Assembly (NCBI GenBank): GCA_965227295.1
Contig: OZ245742.1
Span: 512,001 to 576,000, forward strand
From: Leptonemataceae bacterium
GTDB taxonomy: Bacteria > Spirochaetota > Leptospiria > Leptospirales > Leptonemataceae
Direction: 5' to 3'
DNA length: 64,000 nucleotides
Shown: positions 59,795 through 64,000 of the stretch, in pieces
How the letters are laid out: each line of letters opens with the position of its first letter
Numbering within the stretch: the stretch's first letter is position 1
The notes under the pieces: model-generated
Database searches by the model: none
What the model was told of the DNA's origin: nothing
What the model saw: the letters and a program-made list of their open reading frames with translations, nothing else
Made by a program: the position numbers and the translations under genes

Positions 59795-60073
59795 TCAGCG
59801 TTTGCCTTTTTTATCCAGGCTCGTGTGTCCGCGATACGTGCGAGTCGGCGCGAACTCACCAAGTTTGTGGCCGACCATGTTCTCGTTGATATATACCGGC
59901 ACGAACTTGTTGCCGTTGTGAACGAGAACCGTGTGTCCGATCATTTCCGGGAAGATTGTAGATCTCCGGGACCAGGACTTAAACGGCTTCCTGTTGTTCT
60001 CGCCGTTCATCTTCGTGATCTTCGTCATCAGATGATCGTCGATGAACGGGCCTTTTTTAATCGAACGCGCCAT
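59795..60073 (-). CDS. rpsS: 30S ribosomal protein S19
   Basis: RSIKKGPF and [11 protein letters not shown]. Confidence 0.98.
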   Translation of the reverse strand: MARSIKKGPFIDDHLMTKITKMNGENNRKPFKSWSRRSTIFPEMIGHTVLVHNGNKFVPVYINENMVGHKLGEFAPTRTYRGHTSLDKKGKR

Positions 60074-60107
60074 GTCTTAGTATTCCTGCATCTCAAGCTA
60101 AGCGATC

Positions 60108-60953
60108 TTAACGACCGATGCGCTTGTTGATTCTCCGTTGAATGATGAAACGATCCGACGGCTTGTTTTTCTTTCGCGTCTTGTAACCACGCGTGGGCTG
60201 CCCCCACGGCGTCACAGGGTGACGACCACCGGAACTGCGGCCCTCGCCGCCGCCCAGGGGGTGATCCACCGGGTTCATGACCACACCACGCACGTTCGGG
60301 CGCTTGCCTTTCCAACGGTTCCGACCGGCCTTACCGATCTTCACGAGGTTGTGCTCCCGGTTGCCGACGACACCGACGGTTGCATAACAGGTGCGCAGAA
60401 CCTTGCGTGTTTCCCCCGACGGCATTTTCAGAATGATGTACTGTCCGTCGGACCCCGCGATGGTCGCGAAGACCCCCGCCGAACGCGCGATTTGTCCGCC
60501 GCGGCCCGGCTCCATCTCAATGTTGTGCACCATGGTACCAACGGGGATGTTTCCCATCGGCAGGGCGTTGCCCGCGCGAATCGGAGCCTCAGGGCCCGCC
60601 AGGACTTCGCCGCCCTTCTCCAGACCGTCCGGAGCCAGGATGTAGCGATATTCGCCGTCCAGATACTTGATGAGTGCAATGTGCGCAGAACGGTTCGGAT
60701 CGTAGTGCAGAGCCGCCACGACACCTTTCACACCGTGCTTGTTGCGCTTGAAGTCGATCTTGCGATACTTGCGCTTGTGACGGCCGCCACGCTGCCACAT
60801 GGTGACCCGACCCTGATCGTTCCGGCCGGCGGTGTAGTTCAGGTTCTCAAGCAGCTTCTTCGGCGCGGGCACGTCATGATCGAGACCACTGAAATCCAGA
60901 ACGGTCTTGGTGCGGCTTGCGTGAGTGTACGGTTTGTATTTCTTAATCGCCAT
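60108..60953 (-). CDS. rplB: 50S ribosomal protein L2
   Basis: YDPNRSA.IAL and MNPVDHP.GGGEG. Confidence 0.98.
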   Translation of the reverse strand: MAIKKYKPYTHASRTKTVLDFSGLDHDVPAPKKLLENLNYTAGRNDQGRVTMWQRGGRHKRKYRKIDFKRNKHGVKGVVAALHYDPNRSAHIALIKYLDGEYRYILAPDGLEKGGEVLAGPEAPIRAGNALPMGNIPVGTMVHNIEMEPGRGGQIARSAGVFATIAGSDGQYIILKMPSGETRKVLRTCYATVGVVGNREHNLVKIGKAGRNRWKGKRPNVRGVVMNPVDHPLGGGEGRSSGGRHPVTPWGQPTRGYKTRKKNKPSDRFIIQRRINKRIGR

Positions 60954-60967
60954 AGTCGTTTATACCG

Positions 60968-61270
60968 TCAGGGATTCTGCATGAAGTCGATGCTCTGCCC
61001 CGGCTCCAGGGTAACGATCGCCTTTTTCCAGCGCGGTAACTTGTAAAAATCCATCCGAAAGCGCTTACGCTTACCCGGCACTACAATCGTGTTTACTTTC
61101 ACCGCCTTCACTTTGAAGACGTGAAAGAGCGCCTGCTTGATCAGCTCTTTGTTCGCATCCGGATGAACCTTCAGCGTGTAGCGATTTACGTTCTCGTCAC
61201 CGCGGGGATGCTTGATCTCCTCGGTCTTTTCCGTAATCAACGGCGCGATAATGACATTGTGCAGATCCAT
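60968..61270 (-). CDS. rplW: 50S ribosomal protein L23
   Basis: PLITEK, ANK..IK and WKKAIVTL. Confidence 0.97.
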   Translation of the reverse strand: MDLHNVIIAPLITEKTEEIKHPRGDENVNRYTLKVHPDANKELIKQALFHVFKVKAVKVNTIVVPGKRKRFRMDFYKLPRWKKAIVTLEPGQSIDFMQNP

Positions 61271-61923
61271 CAGGCTGCTCCACTCCGGCGCGACACCTTA
61301 CGGTAGCGCTCTTCCAAATCGGCGAGAGCCGGCTCCGCGATCACCACCTGGGACGCGTAGTACAACTCCGGTGCCGTAACCCGCGACGCGCTGATAAAAC
61401 GCACGTTGGGGATGTTCGACATGGACTTCTTCAGGTGTTCGTCCTCCCGGGACGTAACAAAGACCACGGAAGATTCCTTCGCGAAGCCCATCGCTTTGAA
61501 AACGTCGAAGACGGCTTTCGTGCTGAAGCTCTCAACGGCGAAGTCTTCGAGGAGATTGACCACGCCGTCTTTCGCCTTGCTGGAGAAGATCGAACGGATA
61601 CCCGCGCGACGAACCTTCTCCGGCAGATCGATGCGATAGCTACGCGGGCGCGGTCCGAACACCGTTCCACCGCCGCGCCACTGGGCCGCGCGAATGGAGC
61701 CCTGACGGGCGTTACCGGTGCCTTTCTGGCGCCACGGCTTCTTGCCGCCGCCGGAGACCTCGGCGCGTTCCTTCGTCTTGTGGTTGCCCTGACGACGGTT
61801 TGCCTGCTCCGCGCGGACGACGGCATAGATGGCCGACTTGCTGAAGTTCTCGTTGAAGAGATCCGCGGGAAGTTCGGTTTCGCCCTGTTTCTTTCCGCTC
61901 TTGTCGAATTTTACGGCTTTCAT
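61270..61923 (-). CDS. rplD: 50S ribosomal protein L4
   Basis: KPWRQKGTGNARQGS and GGG.VFGP.PR. Confidence 0.98.
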   Translation of the reverse strand: MKAVKFDKSGKKQGETELPADLFNENFSKSAIYAVVRAEQANRRQGNHKTKERAEVSGGGKKPWRQKGTGNARQGSIRAAQWRGGGTVFGPRPRSYRIDLPEKVRRAGIRSIFSSKAKDGVVNLLEDFAVESFSTKAVFDVFKAMGFAKESSVVFVTSREDEHLKKSMSNIPNVRFISASRVTAPELYYASQVVIAEPALADLEERYRKVSRRSGAA

Positions 61924-61949
61924 TGTTCTAAACTTACGATAACTAACAA

Positions 61950-62561
61950 TTACATGGCTTCGATCTTCACGTAGCCGGTCCGCGGACCGGGGATCGAACC
62001 CTTAATGAAAATGAGACCCTGCTGAGCGTCCACATCCATCACCGTGAGGTGCGTGGTGGTTACCCGGCGAGCGCCTTTGTGACCCGGCAGCTTCTTGCCC
62101 TTGAAGACGCGCGACGGATACGCCGATGCGTTCAAAGAACCCGGTGCCCGGTGAAAACCGGAACCGTGGGTCTTCCGACCACCGCCGAAGCCGTGGCGCT
62201 TAATGGCACCGGCGAAGCCCTTACCCTTCGAGGTGCCGGTCACTTTTACGCGAGCGCCTTTCTCGAAGATGTCCGCGCGAACTTCCTGGCCGACTTCGTA
62301 GTCGCCGGCATCGCGAAACTCTTTGAGAATGCGATACGGTTGCTCGACGCCTTTCTGGTGTCCGCGCTCGGCTTTGCTGACGAGAGCCGGACGCACCGGA
62401 TCAAAGCCCAACTGCACGGCGCTGTACTGATCCTTCTCCGGCGTCTTCACCTGAAGCACGCGACAGGGACCCGCTTCCAGTACCGTAACGGGAATGGAGG
62501 CACCGCCCTCATCGAAGAGGCGGGTCATCCCGAGTTTCTTTGCGATCAATCCTCTGGCCAT
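61950..62561 (-). CDS. rplC: 50S ribosomal protein L3
   Basis: KKLGMT, SKGKGFAG.IKR and KGSIPG. Confidence 0.98.
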   Translation of the reverse strand: MARGLIAKKLGMTRLFDEGGASIPVTVLEAGPCRVLQVKTPEKDQYSAVQLGFDPVRPALVSKAERGHQKGVEQPYRILKEFRDAGDYEVGQEVRADIFEKGARVKVTGTSKGKGFAGAIKRHGFGGGRKTHGSGFHRAPGSLNASAYPSRVFKGKKLPGHKGARRVTTTHLTVMDVDAQQGLIFIKGSIPGPRTGYVKIEAM

Positions 62562-62566
62562 TTCCG

Positions 62567-62872
62567 TTAGCTCTTGATGTCAACGCTTACACCGGCCGGC
62601 AACTGCAGCTTCATCAGCGCATCCACCGTATCGGGGTTCGTATTCATAATGTCGATGAGGCGCTTATGCGTGCGCACCTCGAACTGCTCCCGGCTCTTCT
62701 TGTTCACGTGCACCGAGCGCAGAATCGTGAATTTTTCGATCCGGGTAGGCAGAGGAATCGGACCGGAGATCTCAGCGCCCGTACGCCGGGCGGTGGCGAC
62801 AATCTCCTGCGCCGACTTATCGATCAGCTTGTGATCGAATGCCTTGAGTTTGACTCTAATTCGCGTGGCCAT
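62567..62872 (-). CDS. rpsJ: 30S ribosomal protein S10
   Basis: GPIPLPT and [14 protein letters not shown]. Confidence 0.98.
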   Translation of the reverse strand: MATRIRVKLKAFDHKLIDKSAQEIVATARRTGAEISGPIPLPTRIEKFTILRSVHVNKKSREQFEVRTHKRLIDIMNTNPDTVDALMKLQLPAGVSVDIKS

Positions 62873-62895
62873 GATTCCTCTGCTTGCCTCGTCTC

Positions 62896-64000
<1,105 letters not shown>

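Overview
A GC-rich bacterial chromosomal window, most likely from a Leptospiraceae spirochaete. The evidence is the Leptospira-type L14 insertion '[16 protein letters not shown]', the RpoA N-terminus, and a TIGR04388-like giant protein. It has three zones. (1) About 0.6-18.1 kb is a polymorphic, Hint-processed secreted-protein (toxin-like) island. It holds one full-length 1938-aa gene, four paralogous TPR genes and one small immunity-like gene. A 5'-truncated second copy shares about 1.6 kb of near-identical DNA but has a different Hint domain and C-terminus. A third copy is only 94 bp. Both truncated copies sit directly behind the same ~420-bp hairpin-rich non-coding element, whose terminal GTG is in frame with the toxin frame both times. 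An IS481 element and IS remnants are interspersed. (2) About 18.2-48.3 kb holds envelope and metabolic genes: a tandem GT87-like duplication, MltG, ALDH/AraC/pirin, an RlmM-like methyltransferase, a class D beta-lactamase, a SmoC/SmoB-like sulfoquinovose monooxygenase pair, a triple ~430-bp tandem non-coding repeat, an SSS symporter, a desaturase, tRNA-Val(GAC), a sirtuin and others. (3) About 48.4-64 kb is the tuf-S10-spc-alpha ribosomal superoperon on the minus strand, with no rpsD between rpsK and rpoA. All family assignments come from motif recognition by eye. No searches were run.
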